Of a stretch of DNA of 58,817 bases, positions 47,022 to 56,406 are shown piece after piece. The stretch lies in contig SVHB01000004.1 of NCBI GenBank assembly GCA_015056005.1, positions 1 through 58,817 on the forward strand, read 5' to 3'. The notes beneath the pieces are model-generated. The model worked only from the letters and a program-made list of their open reading frames with translations. It made no database searches and was not told the DNA's origin. Position numbers and translations under genes: made by a program. This DNA is from Clostridiales bacterium (GTDB taxonomy: Bacteria; Bacillota; Clostridia; Christensenellales; UBA1750). Each line of letters begins with the position of its first letter. Position 1 is the stretch's first letter.

Positions 47022-48062
47022 ATGATAAAGAAAACTATCGATTTTTTCAAAAAATACGGCACATGGATTATCCTCGCCGTAAATATATGCGTCCTTGCGG
47101 TGATAATAATAACCGACGAGGATTTTTCAAAAGGCTTTATAGCGCTGGAAAAGCTCTCGCCGTTTATGATGGTCATGTGCTTTGCCGTTTTTGCGCTCAC
47201 CTTTGTGTTTGAAGGGCTGCAGTTTTACTACATTACAAGGATGTTCGGGACAAAATTTCCCCTTGGCGCAAGCATACACGCGATTATCGTTGAAAGGTAT
47301 TACAGCGCCATCACTCCCACCTGCATAGGCGGGCAGCCTGCGCTCATGTTTTATCTTATGCACAGGGGCGTTCCCGGGCCCGAGGCAGCGTCTGCAATGA
47401 GCCTGAGGTTCATACTTTATCAGTTCACCCTCGTCGCAGGTCTTCTGGCGCTTTTTGTCCTGATGCCGATAATCGGCATATCCATAAACGCAGTGATGAT
47501 GACCGCGCTCATTGTGGGTACCTTGGTGGCGGCTGCCGTGCCTTTGGTGATACTGCTCTTTGCCATCTTCCCTAAAATATCGTATAAGGGAATAAGGCTT
47601 ATTTCCGATCTGGCGTATAAGCTTCGCATCACCAAGGACGCGGATAAGCTCTATGATAAGGTCACCGATACGGTGATGATGTACAGCAGATCCATGAAAA
47701 GGCTCAGGTTCAGGTATACCGTCGTGGTGATTTTCTTCGCCATTGCTCAGTTTGCCACGATAATGTCCATGCCATACCTCGCTTCCTATGCCTGCTCGGT
47801 TGAAATACCGTATATAGAGAGTTTTAGTTATACCCTCATACTCAATACCGCCGTTGCCTATATGCCCACACCCGGCGCATCCGGCGCCGCCGAAGGCGCG
47901 TTCTTCACCCTTTTTAAGGACATGATCCCCGCAGCATCGATAATGATCGTCATGCTCCTTTGGAGGTTGGCATCCTACTATTTCGTCATCATAAGCGGTA
48001 TGATAGAATCCGGCATCATGGCAATTTCCTCCGCGTTCAAAAAGCATAAGAAAACAGCATAA
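47022..48062 (+). CDS. UPF0104 / lysylphosphatidylglycerol-synthase-TM-region-like integral membrane protein
   Basis: About 8 predicted TM segments. The start is uncertain: TTG 46992 or ATG 47022. Confidence 0.65.
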   Translation: MIKKTIDFFKKYGTWIILAVNICVLAVIIITDEDFSKGFIALEKLSPFMMVMCFAVFALTFVFEGLQFYYITRMFGTKFPLGASIHAIIVERYYSAITPTCIGGQPALMFYLMHRGVPGPEAASAMSLRFILYQFTLVAGLLALFVLMPIIGISINAVMMTALIVGTLVAAAVPLVILLFAIFPKISYKGIRLISDLAYKLRITKDADKLYDKVTDTVMMYSRSMKRLRFRYTVVVIFFAIAQFATIMSMPYLASYACSVEIPYIESFSYTLILNTAVAYMPTPGASGAAEGAFFTLFKDMIPAASIMIVMLLWRLASYYFVIISGMIESGIMAISSAFKKHKKTA

Positions 48063-48070
48063 ATAAAAGA

Positions 48071-48105
48071 AAATCTCCGTCCTCCCAAAAGGGGAACGGA
48101 GATTT
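48071..48105. terminator. bidirectional terminator between convergent genes
   Basis: AAATCTCCGT / ACGGAGATTT stem. Confidence 0.7.
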
Positions 48106-48109
48106 TGCT

Positions 48110-51100
48110 TTAGTCAAAGAATGTGACCTGGCTGGTTTCGGGGATCCCGCGGAAGCAGCCTTGCTGGCGGAGTGCGTCGACCACGGATTTGGATACCTTG
48201 GCGCGCGATGCGAATTCCTCAACGGAGAGATAGGGACCGTCCTTCCTTGCTTCCACAACGGAGATCGCAGCGGCCTCGCCCACGCCGGGAAGGGCGTTGA
48301 TGGGCGGGAGAATCTTGCCGTCGACGATCTTGAAATCAAGCGCTTCGCTTTGGTATAAGTCCATGGGCGCAAACTCTATGCCGCGCAGGAACATTTCGCG
48401 CACGAGCTCAAGCTCCGTTACCAGATCCTGATCCTTGGCGCTTGCCTGCTTGCCCTGCGCCTTTATGGAATCGATGGCGCGCTTTACCGTCTCGGCATCC
48501 GTACACATGATGGATGCATCAAAGGTATCGGCGCGGACGGTGTAATAAGCGGTGTAATACTCGATGGGTCTGTGTACCTTGAACCATGCGACCCTGAGTC
48601 CCATCATAACATATGCCGCAGCATGCGCCCTTGGGAACATGTAGCCGATCTTTTTGCAGGAATCGATCATCCACTCGGGAACATCCTTTTCGCGCATTGC
48701 GGCTTCCATCTGCTCGGTAAGCCCCTTGCCCTTTCTGACCGATTCCATGGTCGAGAACGCCATAAAGGGCTCAACGCCAAGCTTTATGAGCGCGTTCATG
48801 ATATCATCGCGGGTGCAGAAGCAGTCGCGCAGGGTGCCGATGCCCTGTCTTACGATCTCCTGAGCGTTGCCGAGCCAGACATTGGTGCCGTGGGACAGAC
48901 CGGATATTCTGACCAACTCGCCCATGGTGGAAGGCTTGGTGTCCTCGAGCATGCCGATAACGAACTTGGTGCCGAATTCGGGTATGCCAAGGCTTCCCGT
49001 TGAGCAGCCAAGCTCCTCAGCGGTGAGCCCAAGGCTTTTGGGACTTTGGAAAATTTCCATTGTCTCGGGATCGTTCAAGGGGAGCTCGGTTGCCTTGAGC
49101 CCTGAAAGATCCTCAAGCATCCTTATCATGGTGGGATCGTCATGACCCAGAATATCCAGCTTTACCACGATATCATGCATGGAGTTGAAGTCGAAATGGG
49201 TGGTGATTATGCCCTTTTCAGCCTTATCCGCGGGGTTCTGGATGGGACAGAACTGGTAAACCTCCCTGTCCTTGGGGATGATTACCATGCCGCCCGGGTG
49301 CTGACCTGTGTTATATTTTACGTCCTTTATGCCCTCGACTATCCTCTCTTTTTCCGCGGTGGTAACGACAATGCCGCGCTCTTCAAAATATTTTGCCGCA
49401 TAGCCGAAGGCCTTCTTTTCGCCCAGGGTGGAAATGGTGCCGGCTTTGAAAACATTGCCCGCACCGTAGAGCTCCTCAACATAGGCGTGCGCTTTGCCCT
49501 GATATACGCCCGAGAAGTTTAAGTCGATATCGGGGACCTTATCGCCCTTGAAGCCCAAAAAGACCTCAAAGGGGATATCAAAGCCATTCCTGTCAAGCTT
49601 ATGTCCGCATACGGGGCAGTCCTTTTCCGGAAGGTCTATGCCGCAGGGGTAAAGCCCGGTGTCTATATCAAAATCGGAATACTGACAGTTGGGGCAGACA
49701 TAATGCGGGGGCAGAGGATTTACCTCGGTTATGTTGCACATGGTGGCTACAAAGGACGAGCCTACGCTGCCCCTTGAACCCACCAGATAGCCGTCGGAAT
49801 TGCTCTTTTTGATCAAAAGATGCGCGCTGTAATAAAGGGTGGCAAATCCGTAGCCGATGATGGAATTAAGCTCCTTTTCGACCCTCTTTTGCACGATATC
49901 GGGCAGCGGATCGCCGTATATCCTCTTTGCGTTGCCCCAGCTCATGCCCTCGATCTCCTCGGCGGCCCTGTAAAGCTCGGGCTGGAAGGTGACCTTGCCC
50001 TCCGGGTGCTTGGGGAACAGCGTCACTGGCTCGCACATGGCAAGGATCTGCCTTGGCGCGTCGATGACAAGCTCGGTTGCGATTTCGGGCGGGAAATAGT
50101 TGAAATCCTCGAGCATTTCGTTCGTGGTCTTGAAATACAGCGGGGGCTGGAATTCCGCATCGTCAAAGCCCTTGCCCGTCATCAATACCTCGCGGTAGAA
50201 AGCGTCCTCGGGATCCATGAAATGCACGTCGCCCGTTGCGACCACGGGCTTGCCCATTTCCTTGCCCAGCTCGTATATCTTTTTGTTCAGGTTCTGGAGC
50301 TTGGTCCTTGATTTTACGATCTCCTTGCGCAGCATGAACTCGTTGTTGCCAAGGGGCTGTATCTCAAGATAATCGTAGAAAGAGGCTATCTTTTTAAGCT
50401 CTGTATCGTTTTTGCCCGCGAGCACAGCCTGATAAAGCTCGCCCGCTTCGCAGGCGCTGCCTATGATAAGCCCTTCCCGGTTCTTTTCGATAACGCTTCT
50501 GGGCATCCTTGGGGTGGATCCGAAATAATCCAGATGGCTGGTGGAAATGAGCCTGTAAAGGTTTTCCAAACCTTTTTGGTTTTTCGCCAAAAGGATGATA
50601 TGATAGCTCTTCGCCTTTGAAGCTGTACGCGTTCCGTACATCGTGTTCAGATCGGAAAGCGTCTTTGCTCCGTCCTGCTTTGCCTGAGCAAGCATCTTTA
50701 TAAGTATTTCCGCGGTCGCCCTTGCGTCTGCAGATGCTCTGTGATGCTTGGAAAGGATTATTCCCAGCTCCTTTGCCAGCTGGTCGAGCTTATGGCTCTT
50801 GAAATCGGGATAGAGCGCCCTTGAAAACGAGAGCGTGTCTATAAAGGTCTTTGTGATGGGCAGATCGCCGCCAGCTTCCGCTATGGAACGGTTTATGAAC
50901 GACTCCTCCACGTGCACATCATGCGCGCAGATGGGGCAGTCCTTGGCAAATTCGCAGAAATCCGCTATCGCCTTTTTGATATCGGGCTTGCCGTAAACCA
51001 TATCGTCGCTGATGCCTGTGAGGGAGGTGATGTTTTCCGGGATCGGTATGCCGGGGTCGACAAAGGTGGCAAACTCGTCGGTGATCCTGCCGTTTTCTAT

Positions 51101-52387
51101 CTTGACCGCGCCGATCTCGATTATCCTGTCGGTGTCGTGAGCGGCGTTTGAGCCCGTCATCTCAAAATCGACAACAACGATTGGTATATCGATGGGAAGC
51201 GCACCGCCGTTTGCGGCGATGGCGTCCATATCGTCGGTAAGATAGCCCTCAACGCCGGGTATAAGCCTGATATTGGCTTTCTTTGCCGCGGCGAAGGCTT
51301 CGGGGAAGGACTGAACAACGCCGTGGTCGGTGATGGCGATGGCCTCGTGCCCCCACGCGGCGGCTCTGTTTATGAGCGCCTTGGGGCTGGATACCGCGTC
51401 CATGCTGCTCATGGTGGTATGCAGATGCAGCTCTATTCGCTTTTCCTCTGCATCGTCGGTCCTGACGGGGATCTTGTGGGGCATTATCGCGTCAACGCGC
51501 ATGGAGATTTCGCGCAGGAACTTGTCATAGCTGACATCGCCCTTTACGCGCACCGCCATGCCGGATTTGATGTTGTTTAAGGGGCCTTCATTTTCTACTT
51601 CTGTTATGATCTTACAGGAAATGCTGCCTGTGTTGTCGGTAATGGAGAAGGTCAGAAGCGCTCTGGTTTCTTTGGCAATGCGCCTGAGCTCGTGCTTGAA
51701 TATCCTGCCTTCGATTATTACCCTGCCGGTCTCCTCGGTAAGCTCTCTCATGGGGGTGGCGCTGCCTTTGAAGGCGTTGCCGTAAAGCGGCTGACCGGGC
51801 TCGGGCGCTTTCGCCTTTTTGGGCGCGGCGGCCTCCGCGGCCTGTGCAAGCTTTAAGTCCGCCTCAAGGCGCTCTCTTGCAAGCTGCTCAAGCATCGCCT
51901 TGGTGTCAACATCCTGAAGCGCAAGCTGCACGTTGAAATCGGCGGAAAACAGCTCGTGCAGAAGTCCGGAGATCTGCTCTGCGCCGTTTCTTGCTCTCAT
52001 ATAGTCAAGCGCTGTCTGAGAAGTTACCGATACGGTGATGGTGTTGCCGTCGCTCTCGCATTTTGCGCCCCTTAGATGTGAAGCGAGCGCAGGAGCGCGC
52101 ACCGAGAGCATCGCCGCGATCGCGGGCATATATTTTGCCGGTTCTTTTATAAAGCTCAGCGCTAAGGCGGGGCAGGCAATGCGCACCGAAACAGACGCAT
52201 CCACAAAGGTGCGCCTCAGTGCTCTTCTCAGCTGCGAAACGAGGATCTCGTCGGGCAGCTTGTCATAGTTAAAGCACACGGTGACCTGATTCTTTTTTTT
52301 ATCTACCAATACTCGGTTAAGCTCCAGCCCGTCAAAGCCAAGGCTGAAACCTTCCTGTTCAAGTTTATCCTTCCAAAGCTCCTGCAT
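48110..52387 (-). CDS. polC: DNA polymerase III, PolC type
   Basis: 1425 aa. Internal DnaQ-like exonuclease (VVVDFEMTG) set within a PHP/polymerase core. Confidence 0.97.
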   Translation of the reverse strand: MQELWKDKLEQEGFSLGFDGLELNRVLVDKKKNQVTVCFNYDKLPDEILVSQLRRALRRTFVDASVSVRIACPALALSFIKEPAKYMPAIAAMLSVRAPALASHLRGAKCESDGNTITVSVTSQTALDYMRARNGAEQISGLLHELFSADFNVQLALQDVDTKAMLEQLARERLEADLKLAQAAEAAAPKKAKAPEPGQPLYGNAFKGSATPMRELTEETGRVIIEGRIFKHELRRIAKETRALLTFSITDNTGSISCKIITEVENEGPLNNIKSGMAVRVKGDVSYDKFLREISMRVDAIMPHKIPVRTDDAEEKRIELHLHTTMSSMDAVSSPKALINRAAAWGHEAIAITDHGVVQSFPEAFAAAKKANIRLIPGVEGYLTDDMDAIAANGGALPIDIPIVVVDFEMTGSNAAHDTDRIIEIGAVKIENGRITDEFATFVDPGIPIPENITSLTGISDDMVYGKPDIKKAIADFCEFAKDCPICAHDVHVEESFINRSIAEAGGDLPITKTFIDTLSFSRALYPDFKSHKLDQLAKELGIILSKHHRASADARATAEILIKMLAQAKQDGAKTLSDLNTMYGTRTASKAKSYHIILLAKNQKGLENLYRLISTSHLDYFGSTPRMPRSVIEKNREGLIIGSACEAGELYQAVLAGKNDTELKKIASFYDYLEIQPLGNNEFMLRKEIVKSRTKLQNLNKKIYELGKEMGKPVVATGDVHFMDPEDAFYREVLMTGKGFDDAEFQPPLYFKTTNEMLEDFNYFPPEIATELVIDAPRQILAMCEPVTLFPKHPEGKVTFQPELYRAAEEIEGMSWGNAKRIYGDPLPDIVQKRVEKELNSIIGYGFATLYYSAHLLIKKSNSDGYLVGSRGSVGSSFVATMCNITEVNPLPPHYVCPNCQYSDFDIDTGLYPCGIDLPEKDCPVCGHKLDRNGFDIPFEVFLGFKGDKVPDIDLNFSGVYQGKAHAYVEELYGAGNVFKAGTISTLGEKKAFGYAAKYFEERGIVVTTAEKERIVEGIKDVKYNTGQHPGGMVIIPKDREVYQFCPIQNPADKAEKGIITTHFDFNSMHDIVVKLDILGHDDPTMIRMLEDLSGLKATELPLNDPETMEIFQSPKSLGLTAEELGCSTGSLGIPEFGTKFVIGMLEDTKPSTMGELVRISGLSHGTNVWLGNAQEIVRQGIGTLRDCFCTRDDIMNALIKLGVEPFMAFSTMESVRKGKGLTEQMEAAMREKDVPEWMIDSCKKIGYMFPRAHAAAYVMMGLRVAWFKVHRPIEYYTAYYTVRADTFDASIMCTDAETVKRAIDSIKAQGKQASAKDQDLVTELELVREMFLRGIEFAPMDLYQSEALDFKIVDGKILPPINALPGVGEAAAISVVEARKDGPYLSVEEFASRAKVSKSVVDALRQQGCFRGIPETSQVTFFD

Positions 52388-52537
52388 ATAAATAACTCCG
52401 TGTGTAAGTGACGATATTTTATCAATTTAATTATAGCACAAACCTCGCTTCAAATAAAGCTTTCGCCCATACGGATATAAAAAGCCTCAAACTTGTGATA
52501 TAATATATTTATATAAGAGTATGCTGAGGTTAAACAC

Positions 52538-54361
52538 ATGAACGATATCTTAAAGCAGAAGCTTGCCGCTCTGCCCGACAGCCCGGGCTCGTATATCATG
52601 AAAAGCGGCGGGCGAATAATATATGTCGGGAAAGCGGTATCGCTCAAAAACAGGGTGCGCTCGTATTTCCAGCAAGGGCGGCCGCATGCCCCAAAGGTGC
52701 AGGCAATGGTCGATAAGATCGACGATTTTGAGACCATCCTCTGCCGCACGGAACTCGAAGCGCTAATACTCGAAAACAACCTGATAAAAAAGCACAAGCC
52801 CTATTACAACATTCTTTTGAAGGACGATAAGACCTACCCTTATGTAAAGGCTGATCTGAAGGAAGCCTTCCCCGCGCTCAGGCTCGTCCGCCGCGTTGAA
52901 AAGGACGGGGCAAAATACTTCGGCCCCTATTTCGGCGCTACAATGGTAAGGGAAATACTTGATGTTGTTGCCGACGCATTCCCTCTTCGCACCTGCACCC
53001 GCGATATGGATAAGGTATATGACCGTCCCTGCGTCAGGTGGGAGATCGGCAAGTGTTTGGGTCCCTGCGTGTACAAGCTCTGCAAGGAATCCTATGATAA
53101 CGCCCTTCACGGCGCTATCCGCTTCCTGTCGGGAGATACAAAGGCGGTGGTCGACGCGCTGCGTGAAAAGATGCTCGATTATTCCAAACAGATGAAATTC
53201 GAGCAGGCGGCAATGGTCAGGGACGCGATAGAGCGAATCGGCAGGCTGACCGAGCGCCAGAGGGCGTTTTCCACCTCGCTCACAGACAGAGACGCTGTTG
53301 CCATCGCGGCTTGCGGGCTCGATACCGTTGCGCAGGTGCTCTACATTCGCGACGGCAGGCTTTCCGGCAGCGAATATTTCAGGCTCGAAAACGCGCTTGA
53401 GGAGGAAACGGGAGAAGTCCTGCGCGATTTCCTTCTCCAGCACTACGATGACGGGCAGTTCATCCCCAAAGAAATACTGCTTGAAACCGATTGCGCCGAT
53501 ATGGCGGTCGTTGAAGAGATACTCTCCGATGTGCGCGGCGGCAAGGTCGATATCCATGTTCCCCAAAGGGGCGAAAAGAAGTCGGTCGTTGATATGGCGG
53601 CGAAGAACGCCAAGGAAAACGCGCTGAAGCTTCACGAGCGCTTGAGCCGAAAATACGAGCGCACCATGGGTGCTTCAAAGGAGCTTGCCGAGATACTCGG
53701 TATCCCGATTCCAAGGCGCATGGAGTGCTATGATATCTCGAATTTTCAGGGCGATCAGTCCGTAGCGTCCATGGTCGTGTTCATAAACGGCGAGCCTGCG
53801 CGCAAGGAGTACAGGCATTTCAAGATAAAGACGGTCGAAGGTCCGAACGATTTTGCGTCCATGGCGGAGGTCATCACAAGAAGGTTCACGCGCCTTAAAA
53901 ACGGCGACGCGTCCTTTTCGGATGCGCCCGATCTTGTCATCATCGACGGCGGCAAGGGTCAGCTTGGTTATGCCTTGGAAGCCTTTGGCAAGGTCGACCC
54001 GCCCTGCAGGCCGCATTTCTTCTCGCTTGCCGAGCAGTTTGAGGAGGTTTATTCTCCCGATTCTTCCGACCCGATCATAATCGACCGACACAGCGATGCG
54101 CTCCACCTTCTGCAGTCCATCCGCGATGAGGCGCACAGGTTTGCAATAACCCATCACCGCGCGCTGAGGCAAAAGAAAACCGTTCATTCTCAGCTCGACG
54201 ATATCCCCGGCATCGGCCCCGCAAGGCGCAGAGCTTTGCTTGCCCATTTCAAGTCCTATGCCGCAATGTCAAAAGCAACTATCGAAGAGCTCACCACCGT
54301 TCAAGGCATGAACGCCCCCGCCGCTCAGGCTGTGTACGAGCATTTCAGGAGGAAGGGGTAG
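52538..54361 (+). CDS. uvrC: excinuclease ABC subunit C
   Basis: 607 aa. GIY-YIG N-terminus (GSYIMKSGGRIIYVGKA) and a C-terminal HhH region. Confidence 0.97.
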   Translation: MNDILKQKLAALPDSPGSYIMKSGGRIIYVGKAVSLKNRVRSYFQQGRPHAPKVQAMVDKIDDFETILCRTELEALILENNLIKKHKPYYNILLKDDKTYPYVKADLKEAFPALRLVRRVEKDGAKYFGPYFGATMVREILDVVADAFPLRTCTRDMDKVYDRPCVRWEIGKCLGPCVYKLCKESYDNALHGAIRFLSGDTKAVVDALREKMLDYSKQMKFEQAAMVRDAIERIGRLTERQRAFSTSLTDRDAVAIAACGLDTVAQVLYIRDGRLSGSEYFRLENALEEETGEVLRDFLLQHYDDGQFIPKEILLETDCADMAVVEEILSDVRGGKVDIHVPQRGEKKSVVDMAAKNAKENALKLHERLSRKYERTMGASKELAEILGIPIPRRMECYDISNFQGDQSVASMVVFINGEPARKEYRHFKIKTVEGPNDFASMAEVITRRFTRLKNGDASFSDAPDLVIIDGGKGQLGYALEAFGKVDPPCRPHFFSLAEQFEEVYSPDSSDPIIIDRHSDALHLLQSIRDEAHRFAITHHRALRQKKTVHSQLDDIPGIGPARRRALLAHFKSYAAMSKATIEELTTVQGMNAPAAQAVYEHFRRKG

Positions 54362-54950
54362 GAGGACGGGGGGACGATTTTTGGAAGAAGGCGTTGCCTT
54401 CTCCCAAACCCTCATCCACCAAGGGTTTGCAACCCTTGGAACCCGCGGCATTGGGAATGTATAATTTCATACGATAGCTTACGAGGAACCCGTAAAGTAT
54501 GGGTTCCTCGTGATTGTTTTTTTGGTTGTTAAGCAATCGTTCTGTAATACAACAGCAAATAATTGTGTGGACACCTCATCAGTCACGCCAAGCGTGACAG
54601 CTTCCCCTCAAGGGGAAGCCAAGAAAACCTCGTACTCAAACATTTACGGTTATGTAGAGCTTGTAAGTCTGCAAACGTATGAAACAACTGATATATCTCG
54701 GCTTCTCCTAGAGGAGAAGCTGTCGCCTTTAGGCGACTGATGAGGTGTCACCGCTTTTTATTTGCTGTTGTATAGCAGAACGGCTGCATAACTCTCCTGA
54801 AAATAAATCACGCGTGACCCATACTTTACGGGTCACGCGTAAACAAACGTATTTAATTTCCGCAGCCAAAAGCCGCGGGATCCAAGGGATGCAATCCCTT
54901 GGTCAGGTGGGTCTTAGGGAGGGGTGAAACCCATCCCTAAAAACGTCTTC
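54362..54950. repeat. mosaic hairpin element, locus R5 (complete copy with a different cargo)
   Basis: Left arm: hp1 54383-54405, pal2 54419-54439, hp3 54483-54509. Cargo: nested palindromic multi-hairpin domain at 54540-54780. Right arm: hp3 54812-54838, pal2 54882-54902, hp1 54916-54938. Confidence 0.9.
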
Positions 54951-54955
54951 CTCTA

Positions 54956-56284
54956 TTAAGCCTCTCTGCGCTTTGCGGTGGCTACGAGGGCCAGACCTGC
55001 CATCATGAGGACGGCTGCTGCGTAGTAGTGAGCATCAACACCGGTCTTGGGGATGGAGTTGCCGGAGGAAGATCCGGGCAGGCTGCCGCCGGGAACGGTG
55101 TAGTTGGGGTAGCTGGGATAAGTGGGAACAGAAGGAACGACGGGAGCGGGGTTGGAAACATAACCGCCGGTGGTCACGAATGCAACGGGATCGCCGTAAA
55201 CATAGCCATTGCCTGCAATGCCGACTGCGCGGACATAGTAAGCGGTGCCGGGCTTGAGACCGGTGACCTTGAGAGCGTAAGCGCCGTTAGCGTCGCTGCC
55301 CCAGAGGGTATCGCCCCAGTTGCCGTTAGCCTTGCGAACCTGGAAACCTGCCTTGGAGATGCCGTTGGAGGCAAAGCCGTTCAGGGTCGCGTTGGCAGAG
55401 GAGATGTTGGTGGGGTTGTTGGTAATTACATAGCTGTAATAAGTGGTGGGATAGTTGGGCACATAACCGTAACCGGGGATGTAATAACCATAACCGGGCA
55501 CATAGTAATAACCGTTGTAGTAATAGCCGTTACCGGGAACAACAACACCGGGAATAATGGTTTCGGGCTTCTCGTCGATTTGATCCTGAGTGATGGTGAA
55601 GGATCCGGTTGCGATCTGAGCGGGAGTTCTGCCATCAGAATAGTTGGCAATTGCCTTAAATTCATAGGTACCGGGGGTCATTTTACCAATGTTCATGGAA
55701 CCGGACCAAGTGTTTCCGCTCTTAGTGCCGGAAACGGAGTACATATTAAGACCGTTTACGGTATAGGTGAAAGTAACGCCGGTAATAGTAACAGGGTTAC
55801 CGTCCTTGACAGGAAGAGAGAAAGTGACCTTGCCGCCGCTTACAGAAGAAGAAACAGCACCGTCAACGGTAGGATCCTGACCATAGGCAACCTTGGTAGT
55901 AGCAGAGACTACAGAGTCATCAATGATGACGTTTCCACCAACACTGCACAGGCTCTTGAAGTAGTAAGTGGTATCAGCAGAAAGAGAAGAGATAGTTGCG
56001 CTGACAGTGCCGCCCGTTAAAGGATTGGAAGTATCTGCAGTAGCAATTCTAAATCCGGTTATACTGGACATATCGGGGGTGGTGCTATAGTAAACACTGA
56101 TAAATTCAACAGTCTCAGATGCTCCTACAGTGTACGGAACGCTGATGGTAGCGCTGGTATCTGTTACATTGGTAATAGAAGGAGCGCTGGTAGATGAAGT
56201 TGCCTGAGCCATCGCCGTAGCCGGGGCCATGAGGCAAAGGAGCATTGCAACAAGAGTGATGAGTGAAACAAAACGTTTGCTCAT
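54956..56284 (-). CDS. cell-wall-anchored surface protein with Fn3-like domains and an (I)PKTG sorting signal
   Basis: Signal peptide ...APATAMAQA. Two Fn3-like segments. Tyr/Gly-rich linker. C-terminal IPKTG, then a hydrophobic helix, then KRREA. Confidence 0.8.
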   Translation of the reverse strand: MSKRFVSLITLVAMLLCLMAPATAMAQATSSTSAPSITNVTDTSATISVPYTVGASETVEFISVYYSTTPDMSSITGFRIATADTSNPLTGGTVSATISSLSADTTYYFKSLCSVGGNVIIDDSVVSATTKVAYGQDPTVDGAVSSSVSGGKVTFSLPVKDGNPVTITGVTFTYTVNGLNMYSVSGTKSGNTWSGSMNIGKMTPGTYEFKAIANYSDGRTPAQIATGSFTITQDQIDEKPETIIPGVVVPGNGYYYNGYYYVPGYGYYIPGYGYVPNYPTTYYSYVITNNPTNISSANATLNGFASNGISKAGFQVRKANGNWGDTLWGSDANGAYALKVTGLKPGTAYYVRAVGIAGNGYVYGDPVAFVTTGGYVSNPAPVVPSVPTYPSYPNYTVPGGSLPGSSSGNSIPKTGVDAHYYAAAVLMMAGLALVATAKRREA

Positions 56285-56406
56285 TAAAGTTTTCCCTCCC
56301 TAATATATTCCATGGCAAATTTTGCCTGGTTCTACATATATTATAACGTATTTTATCGCAAAATAGTTGCCTTTTTAAACTATTTTGCAAAATTTTATTA
56401 ATATTT

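Noticed and set aside
54735-54749. A hammerhead ribozyme core, suggested because CTGATGAG occurs here, at 21509-21516, and on the opposite strand at 54572-54579.
   Set aside because: I could not place the required GAAA, a proper stem II/III, or an N-U-H cleavage site next to stem I. In R5 the motif is better explained as one arm of a 12-bp inverted repeat.
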